Origin: Haliotis cracherodii
Taxonomy: Eukaryota
Reading direction: 5' to 3'
DNA length: 64,000 nt
Assembly: GCF_022045235.1 (NCBI RefSeq)
Contig: NW_027266308.1
Location: 68,944,001-69,008,000, forward strand
Shown: positions 13,011 to 26,695 of the stretch, piece after piece
Position numbering within the stretch: the stretch's first letter is position 1
Layout of the letters: every line of letters begins with the position of its first letter
Position numbers and translations under genes: made by a program
The notes under the pieces: generated by a model
What the model was told of the DNA's origin: nothing
Seen by the model: the letters and a program-made list of their open reading frames with translations, nothing else
The model's database searches: none

Positions 13011-15418
13011 AGCCAACGGGTTAAATGTAAGCATGGCTAAGGACTCCAAACGTGTCCATGGGCTATACTCATATTGTACAACACAGGCTATACTCATTAT
13101 TCCACGTTGGCTATACCCATTCTACCATACCTACATTGGGGAACTGAATACATATCACACATTTGGATATCCAGCATGGGCTGACTGACGGTAGACCTCA
13201 CAAGCATTGGCCCGACCAACAATGGAAACGACAGGATCCACGTCTTCTTATTTAGGATAACAGAAGTAACACATTCCTCAATCATTGCTATGGAATCAAG
13301 ATTTACCAACTCTTCGTCCCGCGATGAACAACTGAAACAGCGGGAACCACGCTTGTCATGGTGATGGTTACAGGCCGATATAGCTGTGTGGCATGAACTA
13401 GATTGCACTGCCTTCTAATCAATCAAATTTACGCATGTTACTTTTGACATGTTACCAGGAATCGATAGATATAAAACGTGTAATGTCTACGCAACGATTT
13501 TACACCAGCCAGGCAGCTTCTTTGATTAGCATACTTTGCCAATCTGTAGGTGCTGTATGTTCTAGTGGCTGCCTTGAACAATGCACCTTAGTAGCTAATA
13601 CAAACACCGGACCCTCCTTAGCATCCCCAGCTCAGAGATTGACAAATTACACAAGAACACGTCGACATTGCTCTAAAGAGGCGTCCTAGTTGAGGGTCAG
13701 ATAGTTAATGGATTTCCCACACCGCCCGGAATAACCAGCAAACAGTCGTCTGCTTGTACACACTGTGTCGTCTGCTGAGAAAACACTGCTAACTGTCGTC
13801 TGCTGAGCACATTGTTAAATATTATCTGCCGGAACCAACAAGTTTGCATGTGCAGCAGGACCTGTCCGACCATCGCATCATGATACACGACTGGCCCCAG
13901 AAGGAATCAGAATCTCACACAAAAGTCTCTCTATCACGTTTATGTATCCGCTCCAGTAGGAGTGATGTTAATTTACTCGTTGGAGTTTATAGTAACATCC
14001 TTAAGGAAAGAAAAGATTTTTCGAAATAAGCATCTCCTGTTTCAGGAAACCGAGGATTAAGCAATTTTGTGTCATGTTTCTGTGCATCGCTGATAAGTTC
14101 TCCTGGGAAATCATCGGAGGCGGTTGCAGCAAAAACAGCTGGTAGTTTTGTTGACATGTCCGTTTCTGGGGTTGTTCACGACCACTGTCGTCTGCTCTTT
14201 CTACAGGATACCACCGTATATTATTGCCCAGGGGTTGTCCGTTTCTCACGACAGCGGCTTCTGACGTCTGACAATGACAGAGACAGAGGCTAGTGTCATG
14301 GTAGTGTCAGAAGACGGACTGTCGTTTGTGTATGAAAGGGGACGGAGTCAAGTATATCGTCTGTTGAATCTTTGTTCACCGAACCATGTAATTGGGTCAT
14401 GCAGACGTATGCAAACCACTCCACACTCACTCACTGTTGACAAATATTTGTGTACTCGCACACCGGGAACCAACTGTGATGGCGAGTTACCCGGACGTGA
14501 GCTGGAGGCTTATCCCTGTGGTACAGGTGTGTCAGGATGTCATACGAAGGGACAGAGACATATCTGACACATTCGTCACGGAAACTCATCTCGATTGTTT
14601 AGTTTCCGACATAATTATTCATTTTTCTAACTGCACGCACACAGTACAGTCGAGCAATGTGTTTACAAATTAGAAAAGAATATCATTGAAAGAAAATCTG
14701 TAACATTCACTATAAATCTAACTGGATTATACATGTTGACCAAACCAGTACAGGCGATCACTGTAATGTTTACAATTTCAACAGGATTTACCATTAAAAA
14801 AACGAGAAAATCAATTCACTCTTAACTCGATTATACAGCTTGTTGACAAACCATTTGTCTAGCGTTATCTACACGTGTCAGATTGACTGAGGAGCCACTG
14901 ATAGTGTCGTCTGCTCAATGGAATTCGAGGCATAACTACCAAATAGGTCAATAATTGACAGCGAACGTGGTGGTGTGATTACCGACAGTTTATAACACAC
15001 GAGGCTGTTGGTAGCTCCACTGGCTGCAACAAAACTGTTGATTTCACCACCATATATATTCCCACCGCCAACTCATAGAGATTAATGTGTTGTCGAGACT
15101 ACTAACTGCCACGTTCATTCACTGTCACTGCCTCCCAACAAAGGATACCGTTATCTACATTAAATATTAAAATATCTATTCAAAACCTTCCTTGGAACCC
15201 CGCTCAAGAACAAGCACTGCCTGGGGTGAACCTGATACATCTGTACATCGTATTCCGATGTTGTCGGTGTTGTTCTTTATAGAAAGTATGTTATGTTCAT
15301 TCTAAGAACTGGTTATATAACACCGTACGACCCTACCAGGAAGAGGGGTCAGAAATCCCCCCACGGTAACCCCTAACGCGGTGACCTAGGCAGGTGTAAA
15401 ACACCTGACGATTCCTAC

Positions 15419-15551
15419 CTGCATAGTTGTCGAACACTGTGGGTATATACTCCGTGGGGAACTTGTTGGTCGCGTAGCTCATCAACATGCACGTCTTGCC
15501 GACAGCACCGTCGCCAACCACCACACACTTGATAAAATTAGGCTCCGCCAT
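15419..15551 (-). CDS. Rho GTPase gene C (canonical Cdc42/RhoJ/RhoQ-like), coding exon 1: [44 protein letters not shown]
   Basis: Intact P-loop GDGAVGKT and switch [10 protein letters not shown]; GCCATGG start; G|gtagga phase-1 donor. Confidence 0.97.
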
Positions 15552-15633
15552 TGCAAACAGTTGCCTCGCTCCGAAGCGAGCAGCTTTCGTCTCCCTTCGT
15601 ATTGCAGAGCACTTGTCGGTGGCGCTCCGCTAC

Positions 15634-15679
15634 ATGACGTCATCCGCAGCCAATCGCATACAAAGTAGGCTATATTTAG
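15634..15679. promoter_or_regulatory. Candidate proximal promoter of gene C: CRE, CCAAT and MEF2 motifs
   Basis: ATGACGTCAT 15634-15643, CCAAT 15650-15654, CTATATTTAG 15670-15679, 83-128 bp upstream of the ATG. Confidence 0.55.
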
Positions 15680-17238
15680 AAATGGATTGCCAGCCGTGAT
15701 TCACCTGGGATGGGACAATTTCTCCATTTCCCGGGTAGCCTTTTGTGATGTAGAATAATAGTGCTTCTAAATATTAACTGTTTTAATGAGATAAGTCTAA
15801 CAATATGAATATGAAAAAGATGTGTATCAAGCTCTATACACTAACAAGCGACTATTGTATCTGGGTGTCGATCTTCTCTTCACAGTAGTTGCCTTGTGTA
15901 ATGGTATTTTCCATCGTGGCGGTGATATTGTGGTGTGGTAATATGTCGCAATATGTAAGATTGTCTGATTCAAAGTTTATTGACGTATTTACGCCACAGA
16001 GATAACAGGATAGGGATTTGTAAGGATTCCTTATCACCATATTTAGATTGTGATTAAATAGTAGTTTCCGTGAAATGACATAATTATGACTCTACCAGAC
16101 AACTTCCATGACAGCATACGGTAATGTCAAACCAATACAACACACTGTGTCCTATCAAGGGTATGATTATGCCTTTACAAGGGTGTGAGTACTGATCACA
16201 ATGTCCGTGTACTCGGGACTAGCCTGCTGCGAGTGTTATGGTGCATGGTGTCACTGAATTATTGATAGTTTCTGTTTTTACGGAAGCGGCTCACGGACTT
16301 ATGCGGTATAGTTTCAGTGTATACGAGTTTCCTCATCACATTTATTTATCCTGGTTCCTATATGAAACTGGTGCTGGCTGATGTGTTTGTTTAGTAGATT
16401 ACAGATTATTTTTCTTTGGACAGAACATAAATACATAAACGTTTGAGAGGTTAATTCAAAATCTTCACAGAATTAAATCTGGATTCACTGACAATATTTA
16501 TCACATTGTATACATTGTTTCGTCATTTTCTTAACAAATACTGAGTGACGAGACGAGTTGAGTTGGGACGAGCGGACAGTCTCTAATTCTCATGTAAGCA
16601 AATCAACATGGCCTCTCGCCAAAGTGGGTCTAGTGAAAGGTCAGTTAAAGGGGTCACATTAACTCTGGCAGGATCACAAGGCCGGTTAATCCCCTGGGGT
16701 CAGGTCCTGCCCGGGGGTGGGGGAGATGTACCGTCCATATCATTGTAGAAAAACATTACGTCAACCCCTCGCCGCTCCAGGTGATACCCCGCATCATGTT
16801 GGACAAGCGTCACGTGACACCTTACACTGAAACGTCGGGAGTAAAGCACGTTGCGTGTCGAAAGTCCTTTCAGATTTGACGTTTCAATTTGCACAGTCAA
16901 CTATGAATATATGTGTTCCTAATGTAGATGTTCTGTTTGGGGACCAGCTGATGCACAGTTTCAGAAACACTGGGTAGATTTATTATATCATTGCTTCGTG
17001 AGAGGCCAATATTTTAATAATGAAGTGAGTTCACGGAATTCGTAATGTGAAAAGTTGGATGTATTGTATTGTATTTTAATAAATTGATTTAAGGTTATGT
17101 AGTTACATGCGCATATAAAACGTCACCTTCAGCAGTGGTGGTCAGGAGGTTTTCAGATGTAACTGAAATATTTGATTTCCTGAAGGTTTTCGGCTCTTCC
17201 TTTAAGATAATTAAGTAAAACATAGTTTATGTCAAGAC

Positions 17239-17484
17239 GTTTGTTTGTTTGTTGTTTAACGTCGCACTGACCAATATTCCAGACATATGACAGCGTTCTG
17301 TAAATAATCGAGACATGACCAGATTATCCAGTGAATGACATCCCGCGCATCGAACCACGCAATTGGGATACGACGAGATGCATGGTTTAACCAAGTCACC
17401 GAGTCTGACCGCCCGATCCGTTAGTCGCCTCTTACGACGAGCATAGGTTGCTGGAGACAATTCCAACCCGGATATAGACGGGTC
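17239..17484 (-). mobile_element. SINE-like family B, diverged
   Basis: Similarity to B copies. Confidence 0.75.
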
Positions 17485-17707
17485 GGTGCGTAAACAGAAA
17501 CATGTTCTCACGACAAATCCAAGAACGTGGAATCTATACAAAGGGACACTACTACATATACAAGATACCTTGAACCGTGACGAAGCAATACCATCTAGAA
17601 ACCCAACAAACATACTATTATTCGGGAGTGGCTTTAGTTCTAAGTTAACATTGCCAAGTAAGCAATCCTTGAATCCCTCGGACAGGTAACCGCAATCTTA
17701 AATAAAT

Positions 17708-17859
17708 GAGAGAATGAGTATTATTTTACGCTGCTTTTAGCAATATTCCAACAATATCAGCAGAAATGGGCTTCACACATTGTACCCATGTGGGGAATCG
17801 AACCCGGGTCTTCGGTGTGACGAGCGAACGCTTTAACCACCAGGCTACCCGACCGCCCC
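17708..17859 (-). mobile_element. SINE family A
   Basis: B-box gggttcgattcccc on minus plus family A tail. Confidence 0.82.
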
Positions 17860-18835
17860 TTTAATAAATAATAAGACACAATAAGCACCAGCATTCAATG
17901 AACAAGTGCCTCCTCTCCGTGATAAAGACGGATCCTGTTCTCTTTATGTTCCCATTGCAAGGCCCGTTTAAGGCTCCTCGAACACAGGTTAATACTTCAC
18001 AGATACGTGTCCTAATGCATCACGTAAAACACCTGTAAATGAAAGACGGGCATCACCGGTTGCTGTTGTCAAAGTCGACCAAACTTCAAAGAAGACTTAA
18101 TGGGATGTTTTAATTGTGTTTAAAGTAGCATCATTGTCTGAGCATTATAGTTACACGCAAGATCAGGAAGCACGAGTATTGCAGTATAGTAGGTCTGGAT
18201 GTGATACTCCAGCGGTCACGCGTCAGGGATCCATTAGCCAAGCCAGGACAATCTTGTATCTGTATATCAATATTCCGTGAAGCTCCCGGGGGAGGCTGTA
18301 GGCTGATGCGGGACCTCGGTGTGGGGAGCACCCCCAAAACGCACTGGCAACGCTCTCACGGTACCCACGCTGGGATATTTTGTGTAGTGAATGTCCGCGC
18401 ATGCTAGTATCACTTGTAACTGGTGGCTGCGAGATCTGGCATCAGCTGTCGAGAACACTATCAAAGCTTGTATTGTTGTTTCAGGGATTAACCGCATTTA
18501 GTGATAAATAACAACGTCAACAGATAGGATGCTGGCAATTGTCTTTAACAGATTAAAGAATGTCATGTAAAACAATGCTTCAACTGTATTTGTGTACCAA
18601 GATCCGGAAGGAAAGATTGTAATCTGAAATGAAACTAAGGTTTGCATACAGAACGTCCATCAGGGTGTCATAAATGTTATCATGCATGCGGTTAGTATAC
18701 GTGTTATATAACACGTGACACGTACTCCCTACAACATAGTGTTACTACACAACGCGCTCAAATATATACACAAGGTCAGTCTGGCCAATCAGATGCTGGT
18801 CGAATGGGTGGGAAATATGTAGGACATAATACAAC

Positions 18836-19510
18836 ATGGCTCCAGGGTTGTACTGTAGCTCCAGGGTTGTACTGTGGCTCCAGGGTTGTACCGAGGCTCC
18901 AGGGTTGTACCGAGGCGCCATGGTTGTACTGTGGCTCCAGGGTTGTACTGTGGCTCCAGGGTTGTACTGTGGCTCCAGGGTTGTACTGTAGCTCCAGGGT
19001 TGTACTGTGGCTCCAGGGTTATACTGTGGCTCCAGGGTTGTACTGTAGCTCCAGGGCTGTACTGTGGCTCCAGGGTTGTACCGAGGCTCCAGGGTTGTAC
19101 CGAGGCGCCATGGTTGTACTGTAGCTCCAGGGTTGTACTGTAGCTCCAGGGTTGTACTGTGGCTCCAGGGTTGTACTGTAGCTCCAGGGTTGTACTGTGG
19201 CTCCAGGGTTGTACTGTAGCTCCAGGGTTGTACTGTGGCTCCAGGGCTGTACTGTGGCTCCAGGGTTGTACTGTGGCTCCAGGGCTGTACTGTGGCTCCA
19301 GGGTTGTACTGTGGCTCCAGGGGTGTACTGTAGCTCCAGGGTTGTACTGTAGCTCCAGGGTTGTACTGTAGCTCCAGGGTTCCAGGGTTGTACTGTGGCT
19401 CCAGGGGTGTACTTTGGCTCCAGGGTTGTACTGTGGTTCCAGGGGTGTACCATGGCTCCAGGTTGTACTGTGGTTGCAGGGCTGTACTGTGGTTCCAGGG
19501 TTGTACTGTG
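18836..19510. repeat. Minisatellite, 19-bp unit
   Basis: gctccagggttgtactgt(g/a) tandem copies. Confidence 0.95.
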
Positions 19511-20095
19511 GAGCAATACTCGACCCTAACAACTTACAATTCTGATTGTAAAGTTGTATAATTTCAAACACGTGTGTGTGTGAGAAGCAACCTTCTTATA
19601 AAATGGCCGTCGAGCTTACGAGTTATATACAGCTGTAGCGTCAGTAGGTATTGCGTTAATATCTAGTTTCTAGAGTCTGTAAGACTTATAGGTATGATCG
19701 GCTATTAATGCTTTGAAAATATATACACATGCATATTACATCCATGTCTATAAATACATTTATTCCCAAATATAGATAGTTTCTCTCCTCTCTACGAGGC
19801 TTTGTTATTAGCAGTGACCGTCGTGATCCTGTTTTAATATTATTCAAGGTGCCGAAATTTGCTGTTTTCAGTTACGTCCCTTATGCATGCCAGGAACCTG
19901 TGATAGTGGGTTTTGGAGTGCTCTGAGCCTGGGAGCAAATCGCTCTAGAGTCATCTCAGTCTGGGCCCATTTCACTCAAGAGTGTTTTAAGCCGGGGATT
20001 GGGTTTGCCCTCCAACTCCGAGGGTAGAAGTGTGCACGTGCGTTGTCTGACTGATCAGGCCACCACATCAGCTGACGCCCTCCTCTGGCTGCAGT

Positions 20096-20292
20096 AGACT
20101 TGCGGCATAAACCTCTAAGGCAATACTAATTAGTCTTAATTATAGTTTCTTGATTATATTAAAAACAAGAACACGTTTTCCCCACACGAGACTGGCTTGT
20201 ACTGTGTCCACTTATCTAGACTTGCCTATTGTGAGGATTGAATAACTATACACCAATGGATTCATATAAAGTACAGCCTTGGAGCAAGGCTA
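20096..20292. mobile_element. TAG...CTA hairpin-ended element, copy 2
   Basis: tagacttgc...tctagacttgcctatt...tacagccttggagcaaggcta. Confidence 0.65.
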
Positions 20293-20309
20293 TGGCTGTG
20301 GCAGAACCC

Positions 20310-21175
20310 GCTGTTCTAGGGGACTTACCGCCCTCCGTAATGGTAAACTACCATGAAGCATCTGATCTAGGGGACTTACTGCCCTCCGTAATGGTAAATT
20401 ACTATGAAGCATCTGTTCTAGGGGACTTACTGCCCTCCGTAATGGTAAATTACTATGAAGCATCTGTTCTAGGGGACTTACTGCCCTCCGTAATGGTAAA
20501 TTACTATGAAGCATCTGATCTAGGGGACTTACTGCCCTCCGTAATGGTAAATTACTATGAAGCATCTGATCTAGGGGACTTACCGCCCTCTGTAATGGTA
20601 AATTACCATGAAGCATCTGATCTAGGGGACTTACCGCCCTCCGTAATGGTAAATTACTATGAAGCATCTGATCTAGGGGACTTACTGCCCTCCGTAATGG
20701 TAAATTACTATGAAGCATCTGTTCTAGGGGACTTACTGCCCTCCGTAATGGTAAATTACTATGAAGCATCTGATCTAGGGGACTTACCGCCCTCTGTAAT
20801 GGTAAATTACCATGAAGCATCTGATCTAGGGGACTTACCGCCCTCCGTAATGGTAAATTACTATGGAACATCTGATCTAGGGGACTTACCGCCCTCCGTA
20901 ATGGTAAATTACTATGAAGCATCTGATCTAGGGGACTTACCGCCCTCTGTAATGGTAAATTACCATGAAGCATCTGATCTAGGGGACTTACTGCCCTCCG
21001 TAATGGTAAATTACTATGAAGCATCTGATCTAGGGGACTTACCGCCCTCCGTAATGGTAAATTACCATGAAGCATCTGATCTAGGGGACTTACTGCCCTC
21101 CGTAAGGATAAATTACTATGAAGCATCTGATCTAAGGGACTTACTGCCCTTCATAATGATAAATTACTGCGAAGC
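20310..21175. repeat. Minisatellite, 51-bp unit, about 17 copies
   Basis: gcatctgatctaggggacttaccgccctccgtaatggtaaattactatgaa. Confidence 0.95.
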
Positions 21176-21544
21176 AAAGGGTTTATAAACTCTCTACCAG
21201 TATTATATTACCGACATGCCTGTGGCTCATCCCATACAGTCGTGCGATGTGGCGACAGGCCTTCGGTATGAGGCTGTATACAGTGAAACCTGGTTAGATC
21301 GGACACTGTTATTCGGGTTCCGCTGGGAACACATATGTGTATATAAAATGTCTGTCCTCAGTAACCACGGGTTAGTAATCTAGTTAGTTGTCAAATTTGA
21401 GATTTAAGTAAACCATCTTATATATACCTGCAAAGATCTTCATCAGATGCAGTGTCGTATTTTATAGTGGCTACTTCATGTGTTCATACCAATCTGTTAT
21501 TACCGTGATTCTGTATGCCCTTATGATAATAATCTGTACACCGC

Positions 21545-23152
21545 CTATATAACACATGGGTATATACCACGTGTATAACGCCCATCGATATAACACATGG
21601 GTATATACCACGTGTATAACGTCCATATATATAAGACATGGGTATATGCCACCTGTATAACGTCTATATAACACATGGGTATATGCCACCTGTATAACGT
21701 CCATCTATATAAGACATGGGTATATATCACCTGTATAACGTCTATATAACACATGGGTATATGCCACCTGTATAACGTCCATCTATATAAGACATGGGTA
21801 TATGCCACCTGTATAACGTCTATATAACACATGGGTATATGCCACCTGTATAACGTCTATATAACACATGGGTATATGCCACCTGTATAACGTCTATATA
21901 ACACATGGGTATATGTCACCTGTATAACTCCCATCCATATAACATGGGTATATTCCACCTGCATAACGCCCATCAATATAACATGGGTATATTCCACCCG
22001 TATAACGCCCATCTATATAACACATGGGTATATGCCACCTGTATAACGTCCATCGATATAACAAATGGGTATATTCCACCTGTATAACGTCCATCCATAG
22101 AACACATGGGTATATGCCACCTGTATAACGTCTATATAACACACAGGTATATGCCACCTGTATCACGCCCATCCATATAACACATGGGTATATTCCACCT
22201 GTATAACGCCCATCTATATAACACATGGGTATATGCCACCTGTATAACGCCCATCTATAGAACACATGGGTATATTCCACCTGTATAACGCCCATTTGTA
22301 TAAAACATGGGTATCTATATAACACATGGGTATCTATATAACACATGGGTATATTCCACCTGTATAACGTCCATCTATAGGACACATGGGTATATTCCAC
22401 CCGTATAACGTCCATCTATATAACACACAGGTATATGCCACCTGTATAACGCCCATCCATATAACACATGGGTATATTCCACCTGTATAACGCCCATCTA
22501 TATAACACATGGGTATATGCCACCTGTATAACGTCCATCTATAGAACACATGGGTATATGCCACCTGTATACCGTCCATCTATATAACACATGGGTATAT
22601 GCCACCTGTATAACGTCCATCTATATAACACATGGGTATATGTCACCTGTATAACGTCTATATAACACATGGGTATATTCCACATGTATAACGCCCATCT
22701 ATATAACACATGGGTATATGCCACCTGTATAACGCCCATCTATATAACACATGGGTATATGTTACCTGTATAACGTCTATATAACACATGGGTATATGTC
22801 ACCTGTATAACGTCTATATAACACATGGGTATATGCCACCTGTATAACGTCCATCTATATAACACATGGGTATATGCCACCTGAATACCGTCCATCTATA
22901 GAACACATGGGTATATGCCACCTGTATAACGTCCATCTATATAACACATGGGTATATGCCACCTGTATAACGTCCATCTATATAACACATGGGTATATTC
23001 CACCTGTATACCGTCCATCTATAGAACACATGGGTATATTCCACCTGTATAACGCCCATTTGTATAAAACATGGGTATCTATATAACACATGGGTATCTA
23101 TATAACACATGGGTATCTATATAACACATGGGTATCTATATAACACATGGGT
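21545..23152. repeat. Minisatellite, 41-bp unit with 37- and 19-bp deletion variants
   Basis: tatataacacatgggtatatgccacctgtataacgtccatc. Confidence 0.95.
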
Positions 23153-23654
23153 ACATGTGTTAGCTGCGGAACTAGGTTGTACAATGTGTGGGAAGGCCTT
23201 GCATCTGCTGTTCGTCCGTGTGAACAAGACCCGTGAGAGGAGGCAGTTACTGGCTTGTGGACAGTCCATTGTGGTCACTCACCCCTCGTTCAGGAAATGT
23301 CAACTGTTGTATTTATCTTACTTGTCGTTCTTCTTCAACAAATACAAACCAGTCTCCCACTACCGCCATTAGTTGCGGTCTGGTGGATGAGCAAGTCTCC
23401 AATTGCCTTCATAATAATCTTCATTGACACAGGTTCAGTAACTTATTCAGGCGGACACGGACGTCCAGGAGCCGGCGCTGGTAGAGGGAGATCAATGTGT
23501 GCTCGGAGTGTGTTGCCCCCAACTTCATCATCCTCCCCGCTTGACTGAGTCCACCCTGAACAGTGTGGCGTGAACATGTATGCCATCTGAGTTAGTGAGT
23601 CAGTTGCCATTGAAATGGTTTCTTGTTTGTGGAAACATTGATACTTGTTATCAT

Positions 23655-23800
23655 GTTATTTGTTTGTTTATTTTTGTTGACGGCGGTCTGTAAATAATCG
23701 AGTCTGGACAAGACATTGATCCACGCAATTGGGATACGATCACATGCATCAACCAAGTCAACGAGTCTGACCACCCATTCCGGTTAGTCGCCCCTTACGT
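23655..23800 (-). mobile_element. SINE-like family B, truncated
   Basis: Similarity to B body. Confidence 0.7.
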
Positions 23801-24621
23801 CTTTTCATTTTAAAACTACAGCATCTTCGGAACACAAAAATACAATTCACAAGCTTCAATTCATATTTATCAGAGATACATGGCATCACGCATGGCGATC
23901 TTCAGTGAAGTAAGTTGACGTCAAACGACTTCATGGCGTCACAGCACAATTGTATCCTCGCATCCATAGGGTCCCTGTTTTCCTGGTGGGTCACATATTG
24001 ATGAAAGACACATAGATCGGGCATGGAGTTGACAGACCAAGGAGCACATATACCCAGGGACACAGGAGCACATATACCCAGGGACACTGAGAGCCACGTG
24101 TAGCAAGCTTGGACAAAGGGCTTTCTGTAATGCAAAACCCCTAAATAAAGCAAATCTAGATTGTCCCAGGTTCAGTTTCTGAATCTCCCATCTCACTGGG
24201 GTTCCTTTTAAATTAGAATTGAGTTTATGTTTCTATCAAAATTATATATTTTTCAGAAACTAAGCATTCCATCTGTTGACCAGCGGGCCATCTGTGCCTT
24301 GGCGTGATTAGACGCCTTCAGCCAGACCAGACACTACCACTAATTCTTAATTTAATTTCACGTTGTCACCCATGTGGAGGTAGGTTGTAAAAGTAGCAGC
24401 AACTGTGGCAGAGAGAGTTATTGTGGTAGATGTTGTGGTTGGTGGAGTAGAGTGAGTAGGGGAGGTTGTAACAGTAGTTGTAGCTTTGACGACAGGTTTC
24501 CCTCACAATTATACATACATATTCTGTATTATACTGACGCTTCCCTCAGTACGACGCCGAAGTTAGTGGACATGAATCATCTTAACGCTGCCTACAGCAG
24601 GCAGGGAGTTGGTCGGACATA

Positions 24622-25760
24622 ATGTGTGCTCAGTAATACTAGCATGTGACGACTGGGTGTGCTCAGTAATACAACCATGTGACGACTGGGTGTGCCCAGT
24701 AATACTAGCATGTGACGACTGGGTGTGCTCAGTAATACTACCATGTGACGACTGGGTGTGCTCAGTAATACTACCATGTGACGACTGCGTGTGCTCAGTA
24801 ATACTACCATGTGACGACTGGGTGTGCCCAGTAATACTACCATGTGACGACTGCGTGTGCTCAGTAAGACTACCATGTGACGACTGCGTGTGAGCAGTAA
24901 TACTACCATGTGGCGACTGGGTGTGCCCAGTAATACTACCATGTGACGACTGCGTGTGCTCAGTAATACTACTATGTGACGACTGGGTGTGCTCAGTAAT
25001 ACTACCATGTGACGACTGCGTGTGAGCAGTAATACTACTATGTGACGACTGGGTGTGGTCAGTAATACTACTATGTGACGACTGCGTGTGAGCAGTAATA
25101 CTACTATGCGACGACTGCGTGTGCTCAGTAATACTACTATGTGACGACTGCGTGTGAGCAGTAATACTACTATGTGACGACTGCGTGTGAGCAGTAATAC
25201 TACCATGTGACGACTGTGTGTGAGCAGTAATACTACTATGTGACGACTGCGTGTGCACAGTAATACTATTATGTGACGACTGCGTGTGCTCAGTAATACT
25301 ACTATGTGACGACTGCGTGTGAGCAGTAATACTACCATGTGACGACTGCGTGTGCTCAGTAATACTACTATGTGACGACTGCGTGTGAGCAGTAATACTA
25401 CCATGTGACGACTGCGTGTGCTCAGTAATACTACCATGTGACGACTGCGTGTGAGCAGTAATACTACTATGTGACGACTGCGTGTGAGCAGTAATACTAC
25501 CATGTGACGACTGCGTGTGAGCAGTATTACTACTATGTGACGACTGCGTGTGAGCAGTAATACTACCATGTGACGACTGCGTGTGAGCAGTAATACTACC
25601 ATGTGACGACTGCGTGTGAGCAGTAATACTATTATATCACGACTGCCTGTGTGAGCAGTAATACTACTATGTGACGACTTTGTGTGCTCAGTAATACTAC
25701 TATGTGACGACTGTGTGTGCTCAGTAATACTATTATATTACGACTGCCTGTGTGAGCAGT
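24622..25760. repeat. Minisatellite, 33-bp unit
   Basis: gtgtg(ct/ag)cagtaatactac(c/t)atgtgacgactgc. Confidence 0.95.
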
Positions 25761-26037
25761 ATACGAAACACGCGTTCCAAAAAACCCATTATTGATCCAC
25801 TCATGTCTCTTGTTTTTCACTGACTTTGTAAAAGGCAGCTTTAAATGCACCGATTTCTAAATAACATCATAAATCGTCCCATCAGTCTAACAATTACAAA
25901 ACGCCCTCGCCGTTGATGCCCATGTCTTAACTTGCTGGGACATATCCATTACTTACTCTCGACGTTGTAGCGTCTTCCTTAGTATAACCAGGACCTCGGG
26001 AAATGTTTACAGGTTTCAGTATCATTGAACAAAATTA

Positions 26038-26207
26038 CGGTCAACTACGTTTATAACGAATACGCTTATTACGAACTGACCGATATAACGAACTTAATTT
26101 TATTCCCGGCCATTTGTTGTATATATGATGTATATATGCTTATAACGAACTACGGTTATAACTACAATTAGTGGTTCCTTTGTGTTCGTTATAACCGTAG
26201 TTTACTG
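26038..26207. mobile_element. pogo/Tigger-like MITE
   Basis: TA-flanked imperfect TIRs cggtcaactacgtttataacgaa / ttcgttataaccgtagtttactg, with internal ataacgaac repeats. Confidence 0.75.
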
Positions 26208-26464
26208 TATATCAAAACAGAATGTAGAGCCGTCTTTTGGTGTCGCAGGAGATAACATGCTGTATAACCGGAGATTTGAAGAAAACAACTCTCTAAACCA
26301 AGCAGTACAAACAAAGTCCAAATATTCATACCTGGTTTATGCTCTAATCATGCGTCACACTGAGACGACCTGAAGTAGGTTTGTTTATTTCTTTTGGATG
26401 ACATACCACATTCATCACCACTGTAATGAAATATTGTCAGCCTGGCGTTAACATCGGATTGAAA

Positions 26465-26695
26465 TGTTTGTTTGTTGTTTAACGCCGCACTCAGCAATGT
26501 TCCACTTATACGACGGCGGTCTGTAAATAATCGAGTCTGGACCGGGTAAGCCAGTGGTTGACATCATGAGCATCGATCTACATAATTTGAACAGATCGGC
26601 ATGCATCAACCAAGTCAGTGAGTCTGACCACGTGGCCTGACTCCGTCCGGATTTGTTACTGAAGACCAATTCTAACCCTGATATTCACGTGGTCC
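26465..26695 (-). mobile_element. SINE-like family B, diverged
   Basis: Similarity to B. Confidence 0.75.

Noticed and set aside
15419-15551. Assigning the symbol CDC42, RAC1 or RHOQ
   Set aside because: Mixed diagnostic residues and missing C-terminus; needs phylogeny.
20238-21188. 316-aa ORF (and 278-aa antisense ORF)
   Set aside because: Translation of a 51-bp minisatellite; starts inside a mobile element; open on both strands because the unit lacks stops.
24563-25602. His/Ser/Thr-rich 231-aa and 336-aa ORFs
   Set aside because: 33-bp array read in stop-free frames; no unique domain, signal peptide or splice support.
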